Source of the DNA: Patescibacteria group bacterium
GTDB taxonomy: Bacteria; Patescibacteriota; CPR2; UBA1875; CAIMLA01
Direction: 5' to 3'
NCBI GenBank assembly: GCA_028718325.1
Contig: JAQUMB010000001.1
Coordinates: forward strand, 1-63,429
Length of the DNA: 63,429 nt
Shown here: in pieces, positions 45,909 through 53,514 of the stretch
Position numbering within the stretch: the first letter of the stretch is position 1
Layout of the letters: each line of letters begins with the position of its first letter
Notes under the pieces: model-generated
What the model was told of the DNA's origin: nothing
What the model saw: the letters and a program-made list of their open reading frames with translations, nothing else
Databases searched by the model: none
Position numbers and translations under genes: made by a program

Positions 45909-47549
45909 TTAAGAACCATGGGATTCTTTTGTCATCGCAGTTTTTCTTACTTTCGGAGTACTCCAAAAAACATCTAAATATTTACCAAGCATCAACCTTG
46001 TCTGTGATTCCAAAGCCGGAATCGCCGAAAAAAACAAAGCTACTACCGGCACCATCACCCATTGCAAGACCATCCCCAAATATTTAAGCCGATAAATGTG
46101 CTTCGGTCTAGGTGGCAGGAGAGCAAAAAAGACCCAGATATTTGCAAAAAGGGTAATCCAAGCCAAGTTCATTATAGTCGAGCTATAATAGGTAACATTA
46201 TGAGCCAAAACAGTGTCTTGAAATCCTTTATTAAAAAGTAAAGGAACCCAGGCAAAGGCAAGTAGGAATGAAGCAGTCGACCAAGAGAAATGCCCAGAGA
46301 ATAGTCTGAAAACTTGCAAAAATTTTTCACCGTAAGATATTTCCGGATGCTTTATAAAGTTCTTTATCACAAAGGGGAAGTCTGAAATCCCCCAAGCCCA
46401 TCTTCGCATTTGCATATATTGATTCTTGAATGTTTCCCAGAGATTGTTACCCAAAACACAGTCTTGGTATACCGGAATAAATAAGGCTACCATTTCATGA
46501 TCACCGTTATAAGCAAAATATGTTCTCCAAAATTGGTGCCCGTCTTCAACAATTGTCTGATTGGACCAAAAATCTGTTATGAGCAGTGTCTTCAAGCTTT
46601 GGCTATGAGACGCAAATGTCCTTAAACGGAAAGGTCGTACTGCTTCGATGATTTGGAAAAAGCTATTACTTACTGCCATCACTCGATTGACCGAGGGCGC
46701 ATCCCAGATATTGTTGAAAAGAATTGGAACCGGTTGATAAGATTTGTGTTCCCTGTTTGGGTCGACTATATATTTGTAAGTCAATCTGGAGAAATACTCT
46801 CTATGAACAATGTGGTCAGAATCCAGAGTTGTAACCAATACATTTTCCGGGTCGATTTCCGGTCGATATTTTTTCATAAAATCCCACATTTTATGCCCTG
46901 CTGAGTAAATATTTGACCCCTTACCTTTTATTTCCCCCGGCTTGTCTTCATGCAGATAGAAAAGTAATGCGTTAAATTTATTCTTATATTTCTTTTCAAG
47001 CAAAGTTTTTCTGTTTTCAAAATCATCTTTTTTGCGAGCTTCGCCTGCCAAAACAACAATTAAGCGATCATTTGGATAATTCGAGTTTACTAATGCTTCA
47101 AAAGTCGGTTCCAAGATATCGTAGTCTTCGGTATAGTTCGCAATCACGACCACCTGATAAATGTCCGCCCAATTTTTTATTAAGTCAAAGTTATCTTGTA
47201 AATTCTTTATCTCTTCATAATCGTGCCATTCTCTTTTTCTCTTACTTTTTTTGTATATCTGTTCGAGTTTGTTTAGAAGTTCCTTTGGATTTTTACTTGC
47301 AAGCTTGCATCGTTCAAGCCATTCCACCTTCATATTTCCCCAGAGCCTGGGGAAACCTCGAAGAAGATTCCGCATCATATTGAGTGCTTTTACAAACCAA
47401 TAAAGACTGAAGGCCAAAATAAAATAAGCAACGATTCTCGGATAAATGGGGGCCAAGACAAATGGAGAAATAAGCATGGACCAAGCCAAAAAACCCGGAA
47501 TAATTTCCAAAAATCTCGTGAACCATCTGCTATCAACCCATTTTTTCAT
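45909..47549 (-). CDS. processive family-2 glycosyltransferase (cellulose/chitin-synthase-like) membrane protein
   Basis: TM helices flank a GT-A domain with LDSDH (DxD) and QMRRWAWG (QxxRW). Confidence 0.8.
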   Translation of the reverse strand: MKKWVDSRWFTRFLEIIPGFLAWSMLISPFVLAPIYPRIVAYFILAFSLYWFVKALNMMRNLLRGFPRLWGNMKVEWLERCKLASKNPKELLNKLEQIYKKSKRKREWHDYEEIKNLQDNFDLIKNWADIYQVVVIANYTEDYDILEPTFEALVNSNYPNDRLIVVLAGEARKKDDFENRKTLLEKKYKNKFNALLFYLHEDKPGEIKGKGSNIYSAGHKMWDFMKKYRPEIDPENVLVTTLDSDHIVHREYFSRLTYKYIVDPNREHKSYQPVPILFNNIWDAPSVNRVMAVSNSFFQIIEAVRPFRLRTFASHSQSLKTLLITDFWSNQTIVEDGHQFWRTYFAYNGDHEMVALFIPVYQDCVLGNNLWETFKNQYMQMRRWAWGISDFPFVIKNFIKHPEISYGEKFLQVFRLFSGHFSWSTASFLLAFAWVPLLFNKGFQDTVLAHNVTYYSSTIMNLAWITLFANIWVFFALLPPRPKHIYRLKYLGMVLQWVMVPVVALFFSAIPALESQTRLMLGKYLDVFWSTPKVRKTAMTKESHGS

Positions 47550-47951
47550 TTAGCCCTTGACTAAGCTTGTTAAGTTAAATTCCATAATAATCAGGGTTAA
47601 TCCAATGATTAGATTGACAAATAGAACAAGATAAGTAATCAAGCGTTCTTTTTCAAAAAAAGCCCATGAGATAAAGATATTGACAATAGAGAGAAACAGA
47701 TAAGAAAGCGGCAAAAAATATAACTTGTACCAAGCAACAGAAGAAGTAACGCCATATATACTATTATAATTTAGAGGAACCATCACGTTCCCACTACTGA
47801 CCCTGAATAGAAGCATCATGAAAAGCATCAGGAGCATTATCGCGCTTACTGTCATCATTACAAGTGAGATAACATCGTGAAAAAACATCCGTCCAAAAAG
47901 TTTGACGAAACGTTCTGTTGAGTTTTGATAAATGGTTTTAATTTTGGTCAT
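47550..47951 (-). CDS. hypothetical polytopic membrane protein
   Basis: 133 aa, four predicted TM segments. It abuts the GT2 gene start, which suggests an operon. Confidence 0.55.
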   Translation of the reverse strand: MTKIKTIYQNSTERFVKLFGRMFFHDVISLVMMTVSAIMLLMLFMMLLFRVSSGNVMVPLNYNSIYGVTSSVAWYKLYFLPLSYLFLSIVNIFISWAFFEKERLITYLVLFVNLIIGLTLIIMEFNLTSLVKG

Positions 47952-47957
47952 ATATTT

Positions 47958-48032
47958 TGGAGCCGCCTCCGAGATTTGAACTCGGGACCTCTGCTTTACG
48001 AAAGCATTGCTCTACCACTGAGCTAAGGCGGC
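47958..48032 (-). tRNA. tRNA-Thr (anticodon CGU), discriminator U, CCA encoded
   Basis: Minus strand: acceptor GCCGCCT/AGGCGGC, anticodon loop TTCGTAA, T-arm CCGAG-TTCAAAT-CTCGG. Confidence 0.9.
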
Positions 48033-48077
48033 TTAAACGACCCCTGAGGGCCCAGGCCACCCGTAGGTCTGTTTCAT

Positions 48078-48152
48078 TGGAGCGAGTGAAGGGAATCGAA
48101 CCCTCGTATCCTGCTTGGGAAGCAGACGTACTAACCATTGTACTACACTCGC
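48078..48152 (-). tRNA. tRNA-Gly (anticodon CCC), CCA encoded
   Basis: Minus strand: acceptor GCGAGTG/CACTCGC, anticodon loop TTCCCAA, T-arm GAGGG-TTCGATT-CCCTT. Confidence 0.9.
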
Positions 48153-48230
48153 ACTAAAATATACCTAATCAGGTTAGAAGCAACCATATTTTAGCACAAA
48201 ATGTACTGCCGCTCAATTTATAAAAGCTTA

Positions 48231-48261
48231 GGGCGACGACCAGTTAGGTCGTCGCCCTTTT
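48231..48261. terminator. GC-rich hairpin at the left edge of the GC-rich island
   Basis: GGGCGACGACC-AGTT-AGGTCGTCGCCC followed by TTTT on the plus strand. It also lies downstream of the minus-strand gene ending at 48287. Confidence 0.55.
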
Positions 48262-48286
48262 AGGAATGTAGGCAGATACCTCTTGG

Positions 48287-48598
48287 TTAGAGTCGGGTAT
48301 GCTGAGACACAAATCTATCACTAGCCTCGTCAACCCTCTTGACGATATCTTCGATTTTGGTCGAACAGATCTTGAGGTCTCTGAAGATCTTCTGAAGATC
48401 ACCCCAAGTGCTTACATCGGTGATTTTTTGATCGATGATTGCTCTTGCTGCATCGAAAAGCACTTCGTGCTCAATCCCTACTTTTTCTCCGTCCATGAGG
48501 ATTACCTTCACAAGGTAAAGAGCCTCAAGTTGGTAATGTTCATCGTGGGTTAATCTGGCCCAGACACCGGGTGCTTCAATACGCTTGACACAGGTCAT
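48287..48598 (-). CDS. hypothetical protein (103 aa) in the GC-rich island
   Basis: I start the gene at MTCVKRIEAPG, with RBS GGAGG 5 nt upstream. No recognisable motif. Confidence 0.5.
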   Translation of the reverse strand: MTCVKRIEAPGVWARLTHDEHYQLEALYLVKVILMDGEKVGIEHEVLFDAARAIIDQKITDVSTWGDLQKIFRDLKICSTKIEDIVKRVDEASDRFVSQHTRL

Positions 48599-48717
48599 TC
48601 TTCCTCCTATCCCCCGAAAAAAACACCACTTTATTTGCCTACAAAGTACTTCTTGATTCCTTAAAATCAAACTTTAACAAAATATCATTTATTATCGATA
48701 ACGTCAAGCTTAATTTA

Positions 48718-48746
48718 TTGACAAATCATATCAATTAATGTAAAAT
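48718..48746 (+). promoter_or_regulatory. sigma70-type promoter
   Basis: TTGACA (48718-48723), 17 nt, TAAAAT (48741-48746). Confidence 0.5.
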
Positions 48747-48773
48747 ATCACTTTGTTGGAGCCTAACAAAAAG

Positions 48774-49004
48774 ATGGGGACAGGGGGTTCTGTGTACTAC
48801 AAGACTAAAGCTGGTAGAACCATAGGTCTAGATCGTGGATCCCATCAAGTAAGTTCCGGCGGAGAGCCCACCAAGACTTACGGCAAGGGCCGTATCTGTC
48901 TCCGCTGTAACAAGACTGTCCTATCAGATTACAACCCCGGAAATATCTGTGCTGGCTGCGGAGGAGGATCCTCTTCAGGATTCAGACACTACGAGCATAG
49001 CTAA
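48774..49004 (+). CDS. small zinc-ribbon protein (76 aa) in the GC-rich island
   Basis: MGTGGSVYYK...CLRCNKTVLSDYNPGNICAGCGGG (CxxC-14-CxxC). Confidence 0.5.
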   Translation: MGTGGSVYYKTKAGRTIGLDRGSHQVSSGGEPTKTYGKGRICLRCNKTVLSDYNPGNICAGCGGGSSSGFRHYEHS

Positions 49005-49028
49005 GCCCTCTCATCTCTCACAGGCTCA

Positions 49029-49081
49029 GGCCTGAGTTTTCTAGAGATTACTTCTCTAGTGAGCTCAGGCCATTACTTTTT
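49029..49081 (+). terminator. compound hairpin terminator
   Basis: Outer stem GGCCTGAG/CTCAGGCC encloses CTAGAGA-TTACT-TCTCTAG. A T-rich tract follows. Confidence 0.55.
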
Positions 49082-49148
49082 ATAATTTCTGATTCTGCGC
49101 CTCTTGTGAGGTATTGGCTATAATTCAAGACAAAATGCTACAAACTAC

Positions 49149-49177
49149 TTGACAAATACATTTTTATGTGATACTAT
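49149..49177 (+). promoter_or_regulatory. consensus sigma70-type promoter, paralogous to 14294-14322
   Basis: TTGACA (49149-49154), 17 nt, TACTAT (49172-49177). 29 of 36 aligned positions are identical to the 14.3-kb promoter. Confidence 0.6.
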
Positions 49178-49351
49178 GCTGTTTCAGATTATTCCAGCAC
49201 CCAAGGTGGATTTGAAGGTTCAAAGGGCAGATTAGAAATATTAGTCTTTCAAAATGAACCTTTATACCTTGCAGCAATGCAAGTGAAGTTTGCACCTTGC
49301 CAAAACGGTCAACAAAATATTCCTGATAATTCAGTGAAGGAGCCGTGAATA

Positions 49352-50356
49352 ATGAAGAAGGCCCGTCTCATAGTAGTGGTACTGATGATCGTCATCATGG
49401 CGATGATGATCTTCGCTGCCACAGCTCAGGCGACGTTCGTTTGGAGTCATGTAGGGGGGGACCCTCTCCACGCGAACGTGACGACCCAAGGCGAATTCAG
49501 TTTTTTGATGTTGAATTCGTCAAAAGTCCGGCTAGCCCTCGGTTACGTTCGGGGGGCTAACCACCAACCATCGTGGGTATTGCCTAATGCCTACAAAGAA
49601 GTGGCAAAAGGCAACATCCATAGTGGAACCGTCTCTCGAGGCACTCACTTAGGTGCCATGAGCTATGGGCGTTATGCAGTCCGAGTTGTCAAGGACACGA
49701 TTTATCGTGGACTGTACAAGAGATTGCCTATATTCTATGTCGTCAGCAAGTCTGTGACGACAAAGACAATAGGCGGAGTTAAGTACCGCGTCACCACGTC
49801 CTACTGGGTGTCCATGGCAAAGCCTTGTGGAAATGTTTTTATCTTCCACAAGAGGGTCACCAAGGTTAAAGTTCCGCCTGAGAAACACGCGGTCTTCGTC
49901 AAGAAGATCAATGCTGACACAGGTGAACAGCTTGCCAACTGGCTCATCAGTGGCGGCGGAAAGTCGGTTACGACCTTGGCTTCAGGCTGGGTCAAGCTCG
50001 GCGACTTTGAGAAAGGGAATCACTTCCCCGTTTCCGAGGAGCTCAAGTTCGGCTGGATGTCGGTCTCTCCGCTGAATGGTGTCTTCCCAGACGTCATGAT
50101 CGGAGACGAGGATGTCTATCTGACGTTCTCAAACAAGCCAATTCCAACGCCCACACCGACACCTACGCCTATTCCGACACCTACACCTACACCTACGCCA
50201 ACATGCACGGGCACACCGCCACCTCCGCCACCTCCTCCTCCGCCGACCCCTACCCCTACTCCTACCCCGACGCCATCATGCACGGGCACACCGCCACCTC
50301 CGCCACCTCCGCCACCGGATCTGTCTTGGTTGGAACGAATGGTGAGTATTTTCTGA
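49352..50356 (+). CDS. secreted surface/adhesin-like protein with a SpaA/Cna-B-like (prealbumin-fold) domain and a duplicated Pro/Thr - Cys - polyPro tail
   Basis: Signal peptide MKKARLIVVVLMIVIMAMMIFAATAQA, RBS GAAGGAG. VFVKKINADTGEQLANW resembles isopeptide/prealbumin-fold domains. The tail reads (PT)n-TCTGTPPPPPPPPPP-(PT)n-SCTGTPPPPPPPPP. Confidence 0.75.
   Translation: MKKARLIVVVLMIVIMAMMIFAATAQATFVWSHVGGDPLHANVTTQGEFSFLMLNSSKVRLALGYVRGANHQPSWVLPNAYKEVAKGNIHSGTVSRGTHLGAMSYGRYAVRVVKDTIYRGLYKRLPIFYVVSKSVTTKTIGGVKYRVTTSYWVSMAKPCGNVFIFHKRVTKVKVPPEKHAVFVKKINADTGEQLANWLISGGGKSVTTLASGWVKLGDFEKGNHFPVSEELKFGWMSVSPLNGVFPDVMIGDEDVYLTFSNKPIPTPTPTPTPIPTPTPTPTPTCTGTPPPPPPPPPPTPTPTPTPTPSCTGTPPPPPPPPPDLSWLERMVSIF
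50141..50317 (+). repeat. coding tandem duplication: PT-repeat + CTGT + polyproline module, two copies
   Basis: ATGCACGGGCACACCGCCACCTCCGCCACCTCC occurs twice (from about 50203 and about 50278), each time preceded by (CCN ACN)n. Confidence 0.85.
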
Positions 50357-50369
50357 CCGTTAACTGAAC

Positions 50370-50403
50370 GGGGAGCTGCTCTGCTCAGCAGAGCAGCTCC
50401 CCC
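50370..50403 (+). terminator. perfect 15-bp GC-rich hairpin without a U-tract (possible I-shaped terminator or processing site)
   Basis: GGGGAGCTGCTCTGC-TCA-GCAGAGCAGCTCCCC. It is followed by CAACTATC, so there is no T-run. Confidence 0.45.
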
Positions 50404-50528
50404 AACTATCTTAGAAATTTCCCTTGGATACAAAAAGGTTGTATTCAGAGGTTATAGCTAATTAAAAAATCCCCTATTGATGTCTTTGGTAAGACATCGG
50501 CCAATAGGGAAAGAAGGAGTCGAAGAAG

Positions 50529-51413
50529 ATGAAGAGTCTAAAAAGAAATTTAAAAAGAAAGGCCTTAGGTGCTTTAGCAGGTTTGATGCTATTTATACCG
50601 GTTTTGGCAATGGCAGCTAGCCCTGCCCTTGACACAACCGATCTATATAAGATTGCGAACCTAAGTAAATCCCCAAATTGGGGGGTTAGTGCTGAGGCTG
50701 ATCCTGGGCAACAGCTTACTTTTATGATCCAAGTTCATAACAAAAACCTGGACAGTGTGGCAAACGATGTCAGAGTAAAAGCTACTTTGCCTAACGGAGA
50801 AGTCACAAGCTATACATCTGTGGCTACAGTAAGTGCCGATAATGCAACATCGGTTACAGGAACAACATCCTTTCATATTTCAAGTCCTGCAACCATTGCT
50901 TATATAGCTGGGTCAACTTCGCTATATAGGAACAACAATGGAACGGCTGAATTTGAGAGAACCCTACCAGACGGAATTACTACTGAGGGTTCAGGTATTG
51001 TTATTGGTGACTTCCAAGGATGTTGGCAATACACTAAATGGGTTATTTTCAAGGCTAGAGTTGTCGCTCCAGAAAATCCAACTCTCTTCTCTTGTAGCAC
51101 AAACACTGCATGTTCGAGTACAAAGCAGTATAAAACAATTGCTGCTTGTAGCGCTGCCTTAGGTAAACCTTGTTATGCAACTGAAAATGAATGTAAGAGG
51201 ACGGCTGCTACATTTTGCCCCTTGCCTACTCCTACACCTACCCCAACTCCAACACCTACTCCTACACCCACTCCAACACCTGCCCCTGTTGCTCTGCCTA
51301 CATCAGGACCTACCGAAGCTGCTGCCGGTATCCTAGGGACACTTGGTCTGTCCGGAGCGTCTGTCGCTTGGATCAAATCCAGACGAAGGCTCATAAACGC
51401 CAAGAAGAAATAA
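50529..51413 (+). CDS. cell-wall-anchored surface protein (DUF11/CARDB-like beta-sandwich, PT linker, LPXTG-like sorting signal)
   Basis: Signal peptide ends ...VLAMAASPA. The C-terminus is (PT)9-PAPVA-LPTSG, a hydrophobic stretch, then KSRRRLINAKKK. Confidence 0.78.
   Translation: MKSLKRNLKRKALGALAGLMLFIPVLAMAASPALDTTDLYKIANLSKSPNWGVSAEADPGQQLTFMIQVHNKNLDSVANDVRVKATLPNGEVTSYTSVATVSADNATSVTGTTSFHISSPATIAYIAGSTSLYRNNNGTAEFERTLPDGITTEGSGIVIGDFQGCWQYTKWVIFKARVVAPENPTLFSCSTNTACSSTKQYKTIAACSAALGKPCYATENECKRTAATFCPLPTPTPTPTPTPTPTPTPTPAPVALPTSGPTEAAAGILGTLGLSGASVAWIKSRRRLINAKKK
51225..51287 (+). repeat. coding Pro-Thr dipeptide repeat
   Basis: PTPTPTPTPTPTPTPTPTPAP encoded by varied CCN ACN codons. 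Confidence 0.85.
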
Positions 51414-51421
51414 GTCTTAAT

Positions 51422-51452
51422 CAAAAATCCCGGGTATAACGCCCGGGATTTT
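51422..51452. terminator. bidirectional intrinsic terminator at the right edge of the GC-rich island
   Basis: AAAAATCCCGGG-TATAACG-CCCGGGATTTTT. Confidence 0.75.
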
Positions 51453-51465
51453 TATATTTATATGA

Positions 51466-51717
51466 TTATTCTGCTAAAAAGACTTCATCTCCCTCACGGA
51501 CATGATCTTTGACCTTTACTCCAACTTCTTGACCCTTTTTTGCCTCAGGAATTGATTCATGATCGAGCTGCATCTCTTTGATCTCTTGCTCAAAATCAGT
51601 AGTGTGACCCTTGAAATGAACCTTGTCGCCTACCTTTATCGGGCTGGCTGCTTTGATAATACCAACGCTGATGTGATCAAAATAATGGCTTATCTCGCCT
51701 ACTTTTTTTGCGCTCAT
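51466..51717 (-). CDS. translation-elongation-factor-like beta-barrel protein (EF-Tu domain-2-like, 83 aa)
   Basis: VGEISHYFDHISVGIIKAASPIKVGDKVHFKGHTTDFEQ...GQEVGVKVKDHVREGDEVF is the typical standalone barrel pattern. Confidence 0.7.
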   Translation of the reverse strand: MSAKKVGEISHYFDHISVGIIKAASPIKVGDKVHFKGHTTDFEQEIKEMQLDHESIPEAKKGQEVGVKVKDHVREGDEVFLAE

Positions 51718-51748
51718 ATAAAGCTCCTTTCAAATTGATTAATAATAA

Positions 51749-52027
51749 TTACATCTTCAAAAATTTCAACAACTCATAGACCATAAAGGCCGGCCAGACC
51801 AATGCTTTTAATAGGCCAACTACACCATCCCAAAAAGTTGTTGCAGTTTGGATGTAGTAAACTGCTGCCCCGATTAGCCCAAGACCGTAAACTGCCCCGG
51901 CACCGGCGTTTGAACCATAATTTTTTTTCTTTCCACAAGATTTCGCCCAGCCTTCGGCTTTTTCTTCAAGCTTTTTTTCGAAATCCTCATCCCACTCTGC
52001 TTCAATTTTTGCTGTTTTTTGTGCCAT
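51749..52027 (-). CDS. hypothetical small membrane protein
   Basis: 92 aa. Acidic N-terminus and two TM segments. Confidence 0.5.
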   Translation of the reverse strand: MAQKTAKIEAEWDEDFEKKLEEKAEGWAKSCGKKKNYGSNAGAGAVYGLGLIGAAVYYIQTATTFWDGVVGLLKALVWPAFMVYELLKFLKM

Positions 52028-52111
52028 TTTGTTTTCTCCTTTTTATATATTTTACCACAAATTACAAAGGTCAGAAAATCTTTTGCAACAGTAAATAATG
52101 CTTGCTGTACA

Positions 52112-52777
52112 TTACAATAAAGTCATTGCGTCTATCCAGCTAGAAAGTTCATTTTTGTTTTGGACATATCCACTATAATCAATTTCTGTTCCCTTATGAA
52201 TTCCCACATGAAGATGCTTGCGTTCGCCATCAGTGTCATGGCTGTATGCCGCTCCAAGTGTTGCCAGATGTTCCCCTGCCGTTATGCTGCTTCCGACCGC
52301 CGGGATATTGCTTCCGTTAATATCCAAGTGCCCATACAACACCGTAACCGCTTCATTGTTTATGTTACAGCTTTGAATAATTACACCGCCATAACCTGAT
52401 ACCCACTGTTTGATCAGTATTTTCCCCTCACACAAGGCAGAAACTGCTATCACTTGAGTTAACTCCGCATTTGTAACTTCAAAATCTGTGCCGGTATGAT
52501 AACCCGTAAAACGTTCAGGCTGAATCGGTGAATTACTTGGCGTAATATATATGCCAAACGGTTTTTTCGTTACTCTATCCTTGGCATGCGAAATGGGTTC
52601 TACAATTTCCGCTGCTTTTTGAGGGCTGGCCGGAGCAGTTTTTTGAGTTTGTTCCTGAGAGCTATTGTTGGTTTCTGAAGGAACATTTTTTTTGAATCCT
52701 GACAATACAAAGGTCAAACCAATCAAAATAATTAGTACAAACAAGAAAATTATTATTATTTTCACTGTTATCTTCAT
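52112..52777 (-). CDS. M23-family metallopeptidase (signal-anchored)
   Basis: HTGTDFE (HxxxD) and HLHVGIH (HxH). Confidence 0.85.
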   Translation of the reverse strand: MKITVKIIIIFLFVLIILIGLTFVLSGFKKNVPSETNNSSQEQTQKTAPASPQKAAEIVEPISHAKDRVTKKPFGIYITPSNSPIQPERFTGYHTGTDFEVTNAELTQVIAVSALCEGKILIKQWVSGYGGVIIQSCNINNEAVTVLYGHLDINGSNIPAVGSSITAGEHLATLGAAYSHDTDGERKHLHVGIHKGTEIDYSGYVQNKNELSSWIDAMTLL

Positions 52778-52883
52778 TAATTAATTTTAGCATATGCTAT
52801 AATAGATATAGAGTAATAATGGCTTTGAACAGCCATATAAAAGATCTTTTTATATGATAATTTACAAATAACTAAGGTTAGCT

Positions 52884-53441
52884 ATGGATAAATTTGAAGA
52901 TATATTTCGCCAAGTCGATCGAAGATTATTTGTTCCGAAGAAATTAGTTGATCAGACTGATTTAGACATGCCTTTGCCGATAGGCTTTGGGCAAACCATA
53001 AGTCAACCGACAACCGTAAAACTGATGCTTGGTTGGCTAGATCCGCAATCAGAGGATAGGGTCATGGATATTGGTTCCGGTTCGGGCTGGACCACGGCGC
53101 TTTTAGCCCATCTTGTCGGACCGAATGGCACCGTCTTTGCCATAGAAAAAATACCAGAGCTGGTCGCATTTGGGAAAAATAATTGTCAGAAGATTGGTGT
53201 CAAAAATGTCCGATTCTTCAAAGCAACCAAAGAATACGGCTTGCCAAAGTTTGCTCCATATAACCGTATCTTGGTCAGCGCTTCAGCCCAAAATCTACCG
53301 ACAACGCTTCTAAATCAATTAGCCGTGGGAGGCAAACTTGTGATACCTGTGAAAAATAGCGTTTTGGAAATTACAAAGACCAAAGATGGTGATATAAATA
53401 TCGAGGAACACCCAGGATTTATCTTTGTCCCTTTGGTATAA
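52884..53441 (+). CDS. pcm: protein-L-isoaspartate O-methyltransferase
   Basis: GQTISQPTTV and SAM motif VMDIGSGSGW. Confidence 0.88.
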   Translation: MDKFEDIFRQVDRRLFVPKKLVDQTDLDMPLPIGFGQTISQPTTVKLMLGWLDPQSEDRVMDIGSGSGWTTALLAHLVGPNGTVFAIEKIPELVAFGKNNCQKIGVKNVRFFKATKEYGLPKFAPYNRILVSASAQNLPTTLLNQLAVGGKLVIPVKNSVLEITKTKDGDINIEEHPGFIFVPLV

Positions 53442-53514
53442 GAGATAGAGTTGCTTTGCTATTTAAAACATATTTTTAAAGAAAAGTGGATAGACTCGAG
53501 ATATTATCTCGTTC

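Noticed and set aside
47938-48157. Two 66-aa ORFs (47938-48138 minus, 47957-48157 plus).
   Set aside because: Both are made of the tRNA-Thr and tRNA-Gly genes and their spacer.
50116-50433. 105-aa minus-strand ORF encoding poly-Gly/Gly-Val repeats. A similar 83-aa ORF lies at 51173-51424.
   Set aside because: These are mirror images of the PT/polyPro coding repeats on the plus strand. They have no start context and span the terminator hairpin.
48231-51452. A diversity-generating retroelement or phase-variation system acting on the surface-protein genes.
   Set aside because: There is no reverse transcriptase and no template/variable repeat pair. There are no invertible-promoter inverted repeats, and no recombinase anywhere in the window.
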